A DNA stretch of 43,732 nucleotides. Origin: Candidatus Woesearchaeota archaeon (GTDB lineage Archaea > Nanobdellota > Nanobdellia > CAZCWL01). The DNA is taken from contig CAZCWL010000002.1 in NCBI GenBank assembly GCA_964502435.1, forward strand, positions 1 to 43,732. Direction: 5' to 3'. The translations under genes and the position numbers were made by a program. Shown here in pieces: positions 42,670-43,732 of the stretch. Below the pieces are notes generated by a model. That model saw nothing but the letters and a program-made list of their open reading frames with translations. It was not told the DNA's origin and made no database searches. Position 1 is the stretch's first letter. Each line of letters begins with the position of its first letter.

Positions 42670-43732
42670 TTTTATTGGAATACTTGGTGAGTTTAGGCAG
42701 TATCTGTAATATAGTTTTACTGTAACAGGAATTGTTGTAATGTCTTGTAATTGACTTGTTGTGTTGAATGTTATGTCTATGTAATGTGTGCTCTCATCTG
42801 ATGGAAGACTTAATAATCTAGCCATTGTTGGTATGAGTTCTTTGTCGTAATAAAGCTGTTCTCCCATGTAAACATTAACAGGAGGATAGTGGTATACGTT
42901 TGTTGTGCTGTAGGTGAAGTGTGCTATGCATTCACTTTCAACTTGTGTGTTTGGACACGAAATTCTCAATTTACATTCAACTGGACTAGCATTTCCTAGC
43001 TCATCTACTGTTACAGCCTTGATGAACTTTAGACCTTTCTTACATCTTTTTATTTCCTCTTCTGCTTCATTTAACCTACCAGACCACGTGTGTTCTTCAT
43101 TCTTTACATCCTCTGGTGATTTAACAGAGATTTCAATGTACTTTAGTCTGTTTGATTCTACGTATCCATTTTCGTTGTTTCTTATTGTGAAGTATAACCT
43201 AGCTGTTGTTTCTTCTGTTCCTTGCGGCCATACAACATACTTTGGAGTAGAGAATGTTACATTAATTGGTCCAAGTGACTGGGATTGGTAAGGTTGTAAT
43301 GATTCTTTACCAACGTATGACTGAGGAATAACATTAAGGCTAGTGGTGGCTGTTGTTTCGTAGTCAAAGCACACAGTAGCATGAGTCTCGCAGTCTACAC
43401 TTGACCCAGTTGGGAGTTCTGGGGCACTTAAGGACCATGACATGTACTCTGTTCTTCCAAGTGGTATGCTATCTATCTTGTTAACCTTATCTGACCCTTT
43501 TAATCCGCATGATGAGAGGGTAGCTTCTACATTCTTTGCCTCTGCGCCACCAACATTTTTTATTTTTAAAGATGTATACATGTTCTCCTTGTTTCTTAGT
43601 ACGTAGTAATTATCTTCTAATGGCTTTGATATTTCCCATTGCATATCAAGAACGTAAGGTTTTAATTCTACTGTTGTGTTAGTCTCTTCTTCCACACAGC
43701 CTAAAGTGGCTAAAACAATTAGTCCAATAAAA
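42658..43732 (-). CDS. secreted, lipobox-bearing surface protein (N-terminus beyond the window edge)
   Basis: The track start at 43695 is GTG, but the frame stays open to the window end, giving ...FIGLIVLATLGC|VEEETNTT. That is a hydrophobic signal ending in the lipobox-like LATLGC. The rest is beta-rich with paired Cys residues, and I recognise no family. Confidence 0.5.
   Translation of the reverse strand, partial: FIGLIVLATLGCVEEETNTTVELKPYVLDMQWEISKPLEDNYYVLRNKENMYTSLKIKNVGGAEAKNVEATLSSCGLKGSDKVNKIDSIPLGRTEYMSWSLSAPELPTGSSVDCETHATVCFDYETTATTSLNVIPQSYVGKESLQPYQSQSLGPINVTFSTPKYVVWPQGTEETTARLYFTIRNNENGYVESNRLKYIEISVKSPEDVKNEEHTWSGRLNEAEEEIKRCKKGLKFIKAVTVDELGNASPVECKLRISCPNTQVESECIAHFTYSTTNVYHYPPVNVYMGEQLYYDKELIPTMARLLSLPSDESTHYIDITFNTTSQLQDITTIPVTVKLYYRYCLNSPSIPIKLQG

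Noticed and set aside
1-43732. CRISPR arrays, rRNA genes, large structured ncRNAs or a replication origin, considered because of the clustering of replication genes.
   Set aside because: No intergenic region exceeds about 85 nt. I saw no regularly spaced short repeats, no Orc1/Cdc6 gene, and no long AT-rich spacer with ORB-like repeats. Short C/D-box sRNAs cannot be excluded by eye.

Overview
AT-rich, very gene-dense archaeal chromosome segment with about 50 protein genes and 2 tRNAs. Intergenic gaps are mostly under 80 nt, and many gene junctions overlap (ATGA type). Most of the window is core information processing:
- Replication and repair: Top6A/B, MCM, RFC small and large subunits, PCNA, a fused PriS-PriL primase, a GINS-like protein, RPA-like OB-fold proteins, Ogg2-type glycosylase, EndoQ.
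- Transcription: TBP, TFS, RpoL.
- Translation and ribosome biogenesis: aIF1A, aIF2 alpha and beta, IleRS, L44e, S27e, Rio1, KH/Dim2, fibrillarin, Nop5, Nop10.
- Proteostasis: Hsp20, Cdc48, PAC2.

Trimmed protein sizes, the fused primase and the compaction suggest a small-genome (DPANN-like) archaeon. That assignment is inference only.

The accessory part is a roughly 12 kb, nine-gene minus-strand type IV pilus-like operon (14574-26569). It has two tandem mosaic major pilins, a FlaI/PilB-type ATPase with a roughly 200 aa K/P/E-rich N-terminal extension, and a platform protein split into two genes. It also has four further prepilin-signal proteins of 253, 313, 623 and about 1113 aa; the largest carries DUF2341-like and LamG lectin-fold modules. 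This is my best candidate for an undescribed surface or host-attachment system.

Other points worth a second look:
- a free-standing ThrRS editing paralog;
- an HSR1-like operator between an ArsR-type regulator and hsp20-cdc48;
- an intron-containing tRNA-Tyr overlapped antisense by a CDS tail;
- an insertion in the Top6B GHKL fold;
- a Nop5 lacking its N-terminal domain;
- an untracked nop10 ORF.

I saw no CRISPR array, rRNA, transposase or integrase. All calls come from reading the sequence and translations and from remembered family motifs. No searches were run.
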